A stretch of DNA of 64,000 bases from an uncultured Collinsella sp. GTDB lineage: Bacteria; Actinomycetota; Coriobacteriia; Coriobacteriales; Coriobacteriaceae. This document shows, piece after piece, positions 41,103 to 49,848 of this stretch. Both the position numbers and the translations under genes were made by a program. Every line of letters begins with the position of its first letter. The first letter of the stretch is position 1. The notes below the pieces were generated by a model, which ran no database searches, was not told the DNA's origin, and saw only the letters and a program-made list of their open reading frames with translations. Location of the stretch: contig CABSMU010000009.1 in assembly GCA_902478835.1 (NCBI GenBank), forward strand, positions 2,214-66,213, in the 5' to 3' direction.

Positions 41103-41705
41103 CTACCCCGCCTCGCGCATCCAGCGATCGAACGTCCCCACGCACACGCCCAGGCACTTTGCTGCCTGGCTGCGGGTAATATCGCCCGCCTCATAGCTAT
41201 CGCGCACCAGCTCAAACTGAGGAGGGCACGGCTTGCGAGGTCGACCGAAACGAACCCCTCGCGCCCGCGCCGCCGCAATCCCCTCCGCCTGGCGCCGATG
41301 GATATTCTCGCGCTCCACCTGCGCCACGTAGCTCAGCAGCTGCAGCACAATATCGGCAATCAGGGTGTTGGTCACATCCGGCGCGCCGCTGGCCCTGGCG
41401 CGCGTGTCAAGCAATGGCATGTCCAACACCACAATGGCAACCCCGAGCTCCTTGGTAATGCGTCGCCATTCCTCAAGAATCTCGGAGTAATTACGGCCAA
41501 GTCGGTCGATAGAAAGCACCACCAGCACGTCCCCGTCTCCCAGGATGTGCAGCAGCTCGCGATACCGCGGGCGATCGAAGTCCTTGCCGCTCGCATGGTC
41601 GGCATAAATATTCGCCGAGCCCACGCCATAGGCGCCCAGCGCATCCAGCTGCCGATTAAGATTCTGATCGCGCGAACTCACCCGCGCATAACCATACACC
41701 GTCGC
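41103..41705 (-). CDS. Small serine recombinase (resolvase/invertase family)
   Basis: MATVYGYARVSSRDQNLNRQ (catalytic Ser), SIDRLGRN, VAQVERENIHRRQAEGI and a C-terminal HTH (ITRSQAAKCLGVCVGTFDRWM). About 200 aa and apparently intact. Confidence 0.85.
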   Translation of the reverse strand, partial: ATVYGYARVSSRDQNLNRQLDALGAYGVGSANIYADHASGKDFDRPRYRELLHILGDGDVLVVLSIDRLGRNYSEILEEWRRITKELGVAIVVLDMPLLDTRARASGAPDVTNTLIADIVLQLLSYVAQVERENIHRRQAEGIAAARARGVRFGRPRKPCPPQFELVRDSYEAGDITRSQAAKCLGVCVGTFDRWMREAG

Positions 41706-41828
41706 CATCTCATCCCCGCTTTCTTGTAAACCTGCCAAAAAGGGACAGGTTTATTTTGGTAGGTTTTACCTCTCGAATAGCAGGTAAGCGGGCGGCCGAG
41801 CAGACGGCAAGGTAGCCATGATCCAAAT

Positions 41829-41860
41829 GCGGAGGGCGGCCCCGAAAGGCCGCCCTCCGC
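41829..41860 (-). terminator. Hairpin after rnr
   Basis: GCGGAGGGCGGCC-ccgaaa-GGCCGCCCTCCGC. The U-tract is weak. Confidence 0.55.
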
Positions 41861-41885
41861 CCCCACACCATGAGTCGGAATTTGG

Positions 41886-44021
41886 CTAATGGATAAGCTT
41901 AAAGTCCAAGTGCCCACGCGTGGTATTGACGCGCGAGACCTCGATAATCACGCGCTGGCCCAGTTCATAGCGAGTCCCCGTGTCGGCGCCCGTCAGCATA
42001 AGCGCATCCTCGTCGAACTCGAACCACTCGTTGCCCAGGCTCTTGATCGAAACCAAGCCTTCGACCTGTGTCAGGTCCAAGCGTACGAACAGGCCCATAC
42101 TGCTGACCCATGAGACCGTTCCGGCATAGCGCTCGCCCAGGCGATCCTCATAGTACTGGGCAATCTTGATCTTTTGCGTCGCATGGCTGGCGGCATCGGC
42201 CGCACGCTCCGCATCGCTGCACGCACGGCAAATCTGCGGCAGAATGCGCGGCAGCGACTCGCGCCCCTTGCCGATCAGCCGCGGCGTACGGACCAAGGCG
42301 TCCTTGCCGCCAAGCTGCTCATAGGCCAACTGCAGTTTGAGCACGCGGTGCACCACCAGATCGGGGTAGCGACGGATGGGACTCGTAAAGTGGCAGTAGC
42401 ACGGCGCGGCGAGCGCAAAGTGGCCCTCGTTGCGCGGCTTGTACAGCGCGCGCTGCATGCTGCGCAGAAGCAGCGTGTTGACGAGCGGTGCGTTTGCCGT
42501 ACCGGCGGCAGCATCAACTGCAGCCTGCAGCTCATCGGGACTCCCCAGGGCAATACCGGCAGCACGGCGATCGTCGATGATGCCCAGCTGCGCCAGCGCA
42601 ACGGCGGCACCGTGCAGGCTATCGGGGCTCGGATCCTCATGCACGCGATAGCAGGCCTCGATATCACGGTCTGCCAGCCACTCTGCAACGCACTCGTTGG
42701 CGAGCAGCATGGCTTCCTCGATAAGCGACGTGGCACACGAACGCTCGCGCGCCACGATCTGCACGGGCACTCCGTCCTCATCCAATAGAGCGCGAATCTC
42801 GGCCGTGTCAAAATCGACTGAGCCGCGGGCACGACGAATACGACGGCGAAGTTCGGCGAGTTCGTTGGCGGCGACAAGGAAATCGCCGAGGTCGACGTTA
42901 TAGCCGCGAGCAGTTTCCTCGCACGCAAGACCGCGCTCAAGCGCCTCCTCGCGCGAGGCCTCAGCAGCCGCAACATCCTCAGCGGCGCCTTCCAGCGCCC
43001 CATACTCCACCGCGCCGGCACGCACCAGCAGCGCCTCGGCGCCGTCATAGTCCATACGCACACGCGAGCGAATCACGCTGGGGTACGGATCGTAATGCCG
43101 CACGCGACCCTGCGCATCGAGTTCAATGTCAACGGTAAACGCAAGACGGTCCTCGTCAGGGCGAAGCGAACACAGGTCACAGGACAGGCGTTCGGGCAGC
43201 ATGGGAAGCACGCGATCGGCCAGATACACCGATGTCGTACGATGGCGAGCCTCAAGATCGATATGCCCGTCCCAAGCCACATAGTGAGAAACGTCAGCGA
43301 TATGCACACCCAGCTTGTAGCCACCCTCGGGCGTGCGCTCAAGCGAAATGGCATCGTCAAAGTCGCGCGCGTCGACCGGGTCGATCGTGATGACAAAGCG
43401 GTCGCGCAGATCGCGGCGGAGCGGGTCCTTAAGCGCCGCGGACACATCGAGCGAAAGCCCCTCGGCCTCGTCCAGCGCGGCCTCGGGATAGCTATCGGTA
43501 TAGCCGTAACGCGCCATCACGTATTGAACGCCCAAATCGGGCGCGTCATCTCCGCCAATGCGGCGTTCGATCGTCACGGTGCCCGATTCCAGGCGCGTCG
43601 GGTAGGTCAAAATGCGCGCGACAACGGCATCACCCGGGTGGACGCCCAGACGATCCGCCGAGGTATCCTCGGGCAGAATGAAGAAGTCGGCCTTCAGGCG
43701 CGAATCGAGCGGCTCGATCACACCGAGCGGACCAGCGGTCTGGTACGTACCCACCACGCTTATGGCTGCGCGCTCAACCACGCCTTCGATCACGGCGCGC
43801 CGCTCACCGTGCGGGCTGTTCTTAATGCTCACGGCAACGGTATCGCCATCCATGATCTCGCGCTTACCGCGGCCCATAACCTTGTAGTCGCCGCTCTCGG
43901 TTATGACATAGGCGCCATGCTCATGGAGCTGCACGCGCCCGGTCAGGCTCGGACGGCGTTCGCTGCGCACCGGCCCACGTTTATTGCGGGCACCGCGCTT
44001 ATGCTTGTTATTGCGCCCCAT
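41886..44021 (-). CDS. rnr: Ribonuclease R
   Basis: 711 aa with an RNB catalytic domain (ITIDPVDARDFDDAISL), cold-shock-like N-terminal region and a C-terminal S1 domain. Confidence 0.9.
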   Translation of the reverse strand: MGRNNKHKRGARNKRGPVRSERRPSLTGRVQLHEHGAYVITESGDYKVMGRGKREIMDGDTVAVSIKNSPHGERRAVIEGVVERAAISVVGTYQTAGPLGVIEPLDSRLKADFFILPEDTSADRLGVHPGDAVVARILTYPTRLESGTVTIERRIGGDDAPDLGVQYVMARYGYTDSYPEAALDEAEGLSLDVSAALKDPLRRDLRDRFVITIDPVDARDFDDAISLERTPEGGYKLGVHIADVSHYVAWDGHIDLEARHRTTSVYLADRVLPMLPERLSCDLCSLRPDEDRLAFTVDIELDAQGRVRHYDPYPSVIRSRVRMDYDGAEALLVRAGAVEYGALEGAAEDVAAAEASREEALERGLACEETARGYNVDLGDFLVAANELAELRRRIRRARGSVDFDTAEIRALLDEDGVPVQIVARERSCATSLIEEAMLLANECVAEWLADRDIEACYRVHEDPSPDSLHGAAVALAQLGIIDDRRAAGIALGSPDELQAAVDAAAGTANAPLVNTLLLRSMQRALYKPRNEGHFALAAPCYCHFTSPIRRYPDLVVHRVLKLQLAYEQLGGKDALVRTPRLIGKGRESLPRILPQICRACSDAERAADAASHATQKIKIAQYYEDRLGERYAGTVSWVSSMGLFVRLDLTQVEGLVSIKSLGNEWFEFDEDALMLTGADTGTRYELGQRVIIEVSRVNTTRGHLDFKLIH

Positions 44022-44097
44022 GGCGCCTCCTTGCTATCGATGACGAACTCCAAAGAGTCTACCCAAATGATTCGCTTTCCTGCCGTCCCCTAGAGAT

Positions 44098-44132
44098 CAA
44101 AAAACGGGCCGCCCCATAAGAGACGACCCGTT
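44098..44132 (-). terminator. Rho-independent terminator after ftsX
   Basis: On the minus strand: AACGGGTCG-N12-CGGCCCGTT followed by TTTTTGATC. Confidence 0.6.
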
Positions 44133-44156
44133 GGAAGGGATGAATTCCAGACATGC

Positions 44157-45077
44157 CTACACGCGCAGGTAGCGGCGCATGGCTATGGCAGAACCAAAGA
44201 GACCGATAATCACACCGACCAGAATCAGCGCAGCATAGGTCACCAGGTAGTACTGCATCGGCAGGGCAAACGACATCCAGCCGATGCTCTCCTGCAAACG
44301 CGGAATCATCAGATTGCGCAGCAGCTCCAGAACGCCGATGGAAAGCAGCGAGCCCAAAATGGCCTGCAGTACGCCCTCGGTGATAAACGGGCCGCGAATG
44401 AAGCCGTTGCTGGCGCCGACCAGACGCATAATCGCAATCTCACGACGACGCGCCGTGATGGACAGGCGAATCGTGTTGTTGATGAAGATGAATGCGATAA
44501 AGGTCAGAAGGCCAACGAGCACCACGGCGGCGATGCGGATGTAGTTGGTCACCTGGAACAGGCGGCTCACTTCCTCCTGGCCGTACAGCACGCTCGCGTT
44601 GACGTCGCCGTCATCCGCGATCTTCTGGAAGTCGGCGTTCTTCTTGAGCTTCTGGGCCGTGCTCTCGACCTTGGACGGATCGTCCATCTCAATTGCAAAC
44701 GAAGCCGGCAGCGGGTTCTGGCCATCGAGCGCGCTCATGGTGGCGTCGGCGTTGCCCGACATCTTGCTCGTATACTCGGCCAGCGCGTCGTCCTTGTCCT
44801 TATAGGTCACGGACTTGACGTTATTCCACGTCTTAAGCTCGGCCTCAAAAGCCTGAACATCGGCCTGATCGGCGTCATCGCTAATGAACGCGTTGATGAC
44901 AACCTGATCCTCGACGGTGCCGATCACGGAGTTCAGCATCGCGGAGCCCATGATGAACAGGCCGATGATAAACAGCGAAAGGAAGATCGTGATGACGGCG
45001 CCGAGCGAGGTAGTCCAGTTACGGAAGAAGTGGCTGATTGCCTCTTTGAAGGAGTAGCCCACGTTAGTTGGTGCCAT
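44157..45077 (-). CDS. ftsX: Cell-division ABC transporter permease
   Basis: 306 aa with 4 TM segments, a large first extracellular loop and IAIMRLVGASNGFIRGPF. It overlaps the ftsE stop. Confidence 0.85.
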   Translation of the reverse strand: MAPTNVGYSFKEAISHFFRNWTTSLGAVITIFLSLFIIGLFIMGSAMLNSVIGTVEDQVVINAFISDDADQADVQAFEAELKTWNNVKSVTYKDKDDALAEYTSKMSGNADATMSALDGQNPLPASFAIEMDDPSKVESTAQKLKKNADFQKIADDGDVNASVLYGQEEVSRLFQVTNYIRIAAVVLVGLLTFIAFIFINNTIRLSITARRREIAIMRLVGASNGFIRGPFITEGVLQAILGSLLSIGVLELLRNLMIPRLQESIGWMSFALPMQYYLVTYAALILVGVIIGLFGSAIAMRRYLRV

Positions 45078-46284
45078 AGTTGCCGTAACCTCCCCTCTCC
45101 TGGTCGCGGATAACGTGGCCGCCCTCGAGGGCGATCACGCGACGGTGCATGCTATCGACCATCTCGCGGTCGTGCGTGGCGACGATCACGGTGGTGCCGG
45201 TGCGGTTAATACGCTCGAGCAGCTTCATGATGCCCAGCGAGATCGCCGGGTCGAGGTTACCCGTGGGCTCGTCGCAGATCAGCAGCGGCGGACGGTTGAC
45301 CATAGCGCGGGCGACGGCAACGCGCTGCTGCTCGCCACCGGAAAGCTGGTCGGGCAGCGAGTCCATCTGATCGGCCAGACCGACCAGACGCAGCACCTCG
45401 GGCACCTGGCTGCGAATGACGCCCTTGGGCTTGCCGATGCACTGCAGGGCAAACGCCACGTTTTCGTAGGCGGTCTTTTGCGGCAGAAGCTTAAAGTCCT
45501 GGAACACGGCGCCAATCTGGCGGCGCAGGAACGGAACCTTGCGGTTCTTGATCTTCATGAGGTCCTGACCGGCAACCAAGATGCGGCCGCTCGTCGGCTT
45601 GACGTCGCGGTTGAGCGTCGACAGCAGCGTGGTCTTACCCGAGCCGGAATGACCGACCAGGAAGACGAACTCACCCGGATAGATCTCGATGTTGATGTCG
45701 TCGAGTGCAGGCTTGTTGGGCTGTGCCGGATAGATCTTGGTGACATGCTCCATAAGGATGACGGGCTCGACACCGGCCTGCTTGGCCATCTTCTTGCGGC
45801 TGGCCTGCGGATCGATGGGCGCAAACACCGACGTAAAATCGGGGTTGTTGAGCGCGTTATCGAGGCTTGCGACCTCAGCTGCCTGATCGCTCTCGACCAC
45901 CGGGGCAGCAGGCTGCGTGGGATCGGGAATAGCGGCAAAGAGACCGGACTGCGCAGGCTGAGGAACCGGCGTCGCAGGGGCCATGGGGTCGGGAATGCCG
46001 GCCATGGTAGGCTGCGGCGCGGCGGCACCAGCCTGAGGCTGCTCCACGCGAGCGGTCACGGCCTGAACGGGCTCAAAACCCGCCGTGCCGGAAAGCGCGA
46101 CATCGCTGGTGGGATTGTAGGCAAAGGGATCGGATGCCGGCTGTGCCTGATCTGCCGGCTGAGTGGGGGCCTGAGCAACAGGCTGGCCCTCTGAATCCGG
46201 AGTGGCGAAACGACTGCCCTGGACGCCCGTCTGCGTCTTGGGGGCATCATCGCCCGCACCGGAGGTACGGAAGTGGTTACCCAC
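45064..46284 (-). CDS. ftsE: Cell-division ATP-binding protein FtsE with a ~170-aa Pro/Gln/Ala-rich N-terminal extension
   Basis: Walker A GHSGSGKTTL, signature LSGGEQQRVAVARA and Walker B LLICDEPTGNLD. GTG start at 46284 lies 5 nt after AGGAG. Confidence 0.85.
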   Translation of the reverse strand: MGNHFRTSGAGDDAPKTQTGVQGSRFATPDSEGQPVAQAPTQPADQAQPASDPFAYNPTSDVALSGTAGFEPVQAVTARVEQPQAGAAAPQPTMAGIPDPMAPATPVPQPAQSGLFAAIPDPTQPAAPVVESDQAAEVASLDNALNNPDFTSVFAPIDPQASRKKMAKQAGVEPVILMEHVTKIYPAQPNKPALDDINIEIYPGEFVFLVGHSGSGKTTLLSTLNRDVKPTSGRILVAGQDLMKIKNRKVPFLRRQIGAVFQDFKLLPQKTAYENVAFALQCIGKPKGVIRSQVPEVLRLVGLADQMDSLPDQLSGGEQQRVAVARAMVNRPPLLICDEPTGNLDPAISLGIMKLLERINRTGTTVIVATHDREMVDSMHRRVIALEGGHVIRDQERGGYGNYGTN

Positions 46285-46388
46285 TGGTGCTCCTTATCGT
46301 CGTGCGTTTAAACTACATGAGCGCTTTACATTTTAGCAGCATTAGCTTTGCTGCACATAAGAAGCATGGCGTGCTTAGGGATCCCGTC

Positions 46389-46511
46389 GGCCGGGCACAG
46401 GGTTACTCTCCAAATCGTCCTCGGACATGTCGGAGCCCCCGCTGCGCGCTTCGCGCGGCAGGGGCTCCTCCGTCCTGCGGAAAGATTTGGAGAGTAACCC
46501 TGTGCCCGGCC
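46389..46511. repeat. 123-nt long inverted repeat / extended hairpin
   Basis: Perfect 28-bp arms GGCCGGGCACAGGGTTACTCTCCAAATC (46389..46416) and their reverse complement (46484..46511). Inner pairings are GGAGCCCC/GGGGCTCC and CTGCGCG/CGCGGCAG. Confidence 0.85.
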
Positions 46512-46640
46512 TGCGGCTACTAAGAAGTCGATGCGTTCGTCTTGGATGCAGCAAAACCATGCATGGGTCTGGCTGAATTGCACTTTGTCGTGCTGGGCCC
46601 CTATCCCAATAGAAATCCTGCTTGATAAGGTCTCTTTAGA

Positions 46641-46707
46641 AGTTGCGGTGAAATAGGGACTGTTTTAGCAGTTAAAAGCCCTAATCAGTCCTTATTTCAC
46701 CGCAACT
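46641..46707. repeat. Hairpin of the AGTTGCGGTGAAATAGGGACTG repeat family
   Basis: Arms at 46641..46662 and 46686..46707 are 21/22 complementary. Confidence 0.8.
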
Positions 46708-46711
46708 GAAA

Positions 46712-46740
46712 CAGGGGCGCTCTCCAAGAGAGCGCCCCTG
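46712..46740 (-). terminator. Terminator after the transketolase genes
   Basis: CAGGGGCGCTCTC-caag-GAGAGCGCCCCTG, followed on the minus strand by TTTCAGTT. Confidence 0.65.
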
Positions 46741-46810
46741 CCGGGTTTCCATAGTACTGGCGAAGCAGTTTTATAGTTCTGGCGAAGCAGTCCTTGAGAT
46801 CCGTCTTGCC

Positions 46811-47752
46811 TTATGCCAAGAACTCCTTGGTGGTCGCCACGATGTTAGCGGCGTCCAGGCCATACTTGTGCAAGAGCTCGGCACCCGGGCCAGACTCACC
46901 GAAGGTGTCGTTGACGCCGATCTTCTTGAGCGGCGTCGGGCACTGCTCGCACAGGACGTCGGCAACGGCGCTGCCCAGGCCACCGATCACAGAGTGCTCC
47001 TCGACGGTCACGACGTGGCCGGTCTTGGTGGCGCTCTTGACGATCAGGTCGGCGTCGATGGGCTTGATGGTGTGCATGTTGATGACCTCGGCGTCGATGC
47101 CCTCGGCAGCAAGCTGCTCGGCGGCCTCGAGAGCCTCGCCGACCATCAGGCCGCAGGCGATGATGGTCACATCGGCGCCCTCGCGCATGACAATGCCCTT
47201 ACCCAACTCGAACTTGTAGGTCTCGGGGTCGTTAATAACCGGCGAGGCCAGACGGGCGAAGCGCATGTACACCGGACCGTCGCACTCGTAGGCGGCGCGC
47301 GTCACGGCGCGGGCCTCGACGTCGTCGGCAGGAACGATAACGGTCATGCCGGGGATGACGCGCATCAGGGCGATATCCTCGCAGCACTGGTGTGTGGCAC
47401 CGTCCTCGCCCACCGAGATACCAGCGTGCGTGGCACCGATCTTAACGTTGAGGTGCGGGTAGCCGATGGAGTTACGGACCTGCTCAAAGGCGCGGCCGGC
47501 GGCGAACATGGCAAAGGTGCTCGCGAAGGCAACGCGACCGGTGGTTGCGATACCGGCGGCAACACCCATCAGGTTGCTCTCGGCGATACCTACATCGAAG
47601 AAACGGTCGGGGCAGGCGGCCTTAAACTTACCGGTCTGCGTGGCGGCGGCCAGGTCGGCGTCGAGGACCACAAAGTCATCGTGCTCGTTGGCGAGCTCGA
47701 CGAGGGCCTCGCCGTAGCTTACACGCGTGGCAATTTTCTTGACGTCTGCCAT
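46811..47752 (-). CDS. Transketolase, C-terminal (pyrimidine-binding) subunit
   Basis: MADVKKIATRVSYGEALVELA...DADLAAATQT...GIAESNLMGVAAG. Start set at 47752 inside ORF 46811..47836. Confidence 0.9.
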   Translation of the reverse strand: MADVKKIATRVSYGEALVELANEHDDFVVLDADLAAATQTGKFKAACPDRFFDVGIAESNLMGVAAGIATTGRVAFASTFAMFAAGRAFEQVRNSIGYPHLNVKIGATHAGISVGEDGATHQCCEDIALMRVIPGMTVIVPADDVEARAVTRAAYECDGPVYMRFARLASPVINDPETYKFELGKGIVMREGADVTIIACGLMVGEALEAAEQLAAEGIDAEVINMHTIKPIDADLIVKSATKTGHVVTVEEHSVIGGLGSAVADVLCEQCPTPLKKIGVNDTFGESGPGAELLHKYGLDAANIVATTKEFLA

Positions 47753-47753
47753 C

Positions 47754-48584
47754 CTAGAGCTCCTCTCCGGCGGCCGTGAGCTCTGCCATGGCCTGCTCAA
47801 ACTGTTCATCGTTGGGGGCCTTGCCGTGCCAACCAACCTGGTTCTCCATAAAGGACACGCCCTTGCCCTTCAGGGTCTCGGCGATAATGGCGGTCGGCTG
47901 CCCCTTGGTGGCGCGAGCCTCGGCAAAGGCGGCGCGGATCTGGTCGAAGTCGTTGCCGTCGGCGAGCTCCACCACGTGGAACTTAAAGGCGCGGAACTTG
48001 TCGGCGAGCGGCATGGGGTCGTTGACCTCCTCGACGGGGCCGTCGATCTGCAGGCCGTTGTGGTCGACGATCACACAGAGGTTGTCGAGCTGCTGGTTGC
48101 CGGCAAACATGGCGGCCTCCCAGACCTGGCCCTCCTCGCTCTCGCCATCGCCCAGCAGGGCGTACGTGCGATAAGTATCGCCCCAGTGCTTGGCGGCAAC
48201 GGCCATGCCCACGGCGGCGGAGATGCCCTGGCCGAGCGAACCGGTGGACATGTCAACGCCCGGAGTGTCGTTCATGTTGGGATGACCCTGCAGGTGGCTG
48301 CCGATGTGGCGCAGCGTCTCAAGATCCTCCTTGGGGAAGAACCCACGCTCGGCGAGCACAGCGTACAGACCAGGCGCGCAGTGGCCCTTGGAAAGCACAA
48401 AGCGATCGCGGTCGGCCTTGCGGGGATGGGCCGGGTCGACGTTCATTTCCTCAAAGTACAGATAGGTCATGATGTCGGCAGCGCCGAGCGAACCGCCCGG
48501 ATGGCCGGACTTGGCAGCGTGCACGCCGGTGACGATGCCCTTCCTTACCTCGTTGGCAACCTTTTTGAGCTCTTCGTCGCTCAT
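47754..48584 (-). CDS. Transketolase, N-terminal (TPP-binding) subunit
   Basis: SGHPGGSLGAADI, LSKGHCAPGLYA and GDGESEEGQVWEA. Confidence 0.9.
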   Translation of the reverse strand: MSDEELKKVANEVRKGIVTGVHAAKSGHPGGSLGAADIMTYLYFEEMNVDPAHPRKADRDRFVLSKGHCAPGLYAVLAERGFFPKEDLETLRHIGSHLQGHPNMNDTPGVDMSTGSLGQGISAAVGMAVAAKHWGDTYRTYALLGDGESEEGQVWEAAMFAGNQQLDNLCVIVDHNGLQIDGPVEEVNDPMPLADKFRAFKFHVVELADGNDFDQIRAAFAEARATKGQPTAIIAETLKGKGVSFMENQVGWHGKAPNDEQFEQAMAELTAAGEEL

Positions 48585-48791
48585 TGTGCCTTCCTTTCAT
48601 CCTCATTAGACAAAATGCGCACGGCACCGAAGGTAATCCCAACACAGCCGCAATGCACGTACGTCATTCATTATGCTGGAAACTGATGGCTTTACCAGAG
48701 TTTTTATCATTATTTGAACAATTTAGCAGGCAGAACCGCTGATGAAACGGTTTATCAATGTGAACGTCTTTTGGATGGGACGCGGTCGGCC

Positions 48792-49682
48792 CTACGCGCT
48801 AATGTCCTTGAATCCCTCGCCGAAAGCTTCCGTAACGTCGGCGACCGTCACAATGGCGTGAGGATCGCGCTCGCGCACGATCGTCTTGAGGGTATTGAGC
48901 TCTCGACGGTTCACGATGACCATGATCACCGGCTTCTCGGCACCCGAATACATGCCAGTCGCCTTAAACTTGGTACAACCACGACCCAGGCCATACATGA
49001 TATCGGCAGCGATATCAGGGAACTTGTCCGAGATGATGAGTACCATACGGCGTTTGTTGCCACCATCGACCACGGCATCGATCACGTAGCCGCTAATGAC
49101 CATCGAAAGGCCTGCATATAGTGCATTTTCGATTGAAAAGACCGGAGCCGACAGCGCGCATACGGCAACATCGATCGCCATGACGGTCGAGCCCACGGGC
49201 AGCGAGGTATTACGCGAGATGATTTGGCCAATCGTGTCCGAGCCGCCGGTGTTGGCGCCGGCGCGCAGCACCATGCCGTAACCGATGCCTGTAATAATGC
49301 CGCCCCACATGGCAGGGAGCATCAGGTCCGCATCCGCCAGAGGTGCTACAAACGGGGCGAACAGATCGGTAAAGAAGCCCAGCAGCACAAAGCCCGTCGC
49401 GGTCTGCACCACGTAGAACATGCCGCCCTCGCGCATAACGACCAGCAACAGCAAGGCGTTCATCACGATCGTCTGAATACCAACGGGAAGCGATATGCCG
49501 CGCGATGCGCCGACCGCCTGGATAATGGTGGCAAGGCCCGTAACACCACCGGCAGCAAGGCCGTTGGGAATCAAAAACAGGTCGGTCGCAATAGCGGCCA
49601 GAGCGCACCCCAACATAATCTGGGGCAGGTCGTGAAAGAAGTTCATCGATAGAATACGCTTGATGTCCAGACGATATGCCAT
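48792..49682 (-). CDS. YitT-family membrane protein (C-terminal DUF2179)
   Basis: Polytopic N-terminal region with GGVTGLATII. Start at ATG 49682 follows GAGGGAGG; the ORF track opens at 49706 inside a terminator hairpin. Confidence 0.7.
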   Translation of the reverse strand: MAYRLDIKRILSMNFFHDLPQIMLGCALAAIATDLFLIPNGLAAGGVTGLATIIQAVGASRGISLPVGIQTIVMNALLLLVVMREGGMFYVVQTATGFVLLGFFTDLFAPFVAPLADADLMLPAMWGGIITGIGYGMVLRAGANTGGSDTIGQIISRNTSLPVGSTVMAIDVAVCALSAPVFSIENALYAGLSMVISGYVIDAVVDGGNKRRMVLIISDKFPDIAADIMYGLGRGCTKFKATGMYSGAEKPVIMVIVNRRELNTLKTIVRERDPHAIVTVADVTEAFGEGFKDISA

Positions 49683-49694
49683 GCTACCTCCCTC

Positions 49695-49722
49695 AAAAAA
49701 GCGCACCCAAACGGATGCGCTT
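49695..49722 (-). terminator. Rho-independent terminator between prfB and the YitT-family gene
   Basis: On the minus strand: AAGCGCATCCGTTTGGGTGCGCTT followed by TTTTTTGA. It abuts the RBS of the next gene. Confidence 0.75.
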
Positions 49723-49848
49723 CGAACTTCTTGCTGTATTCGATTCTACCGATTCGCCGAACAAAAACCACCCCTGCGCAGGGTTTGCTTTGGATACAAA
49801 ACCACCCTGCTCGGAGGGTTTTATCCATTTCCACATAAACCGGGCGGT

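Noticed and set aside
46134-46583. Two overlapping ORFs (129 aa on plus, 85 aa on minus) both containing GRAQGYSPN
   Set aside because: They are mirror images generated by the 123-nt palindrome, not genes.
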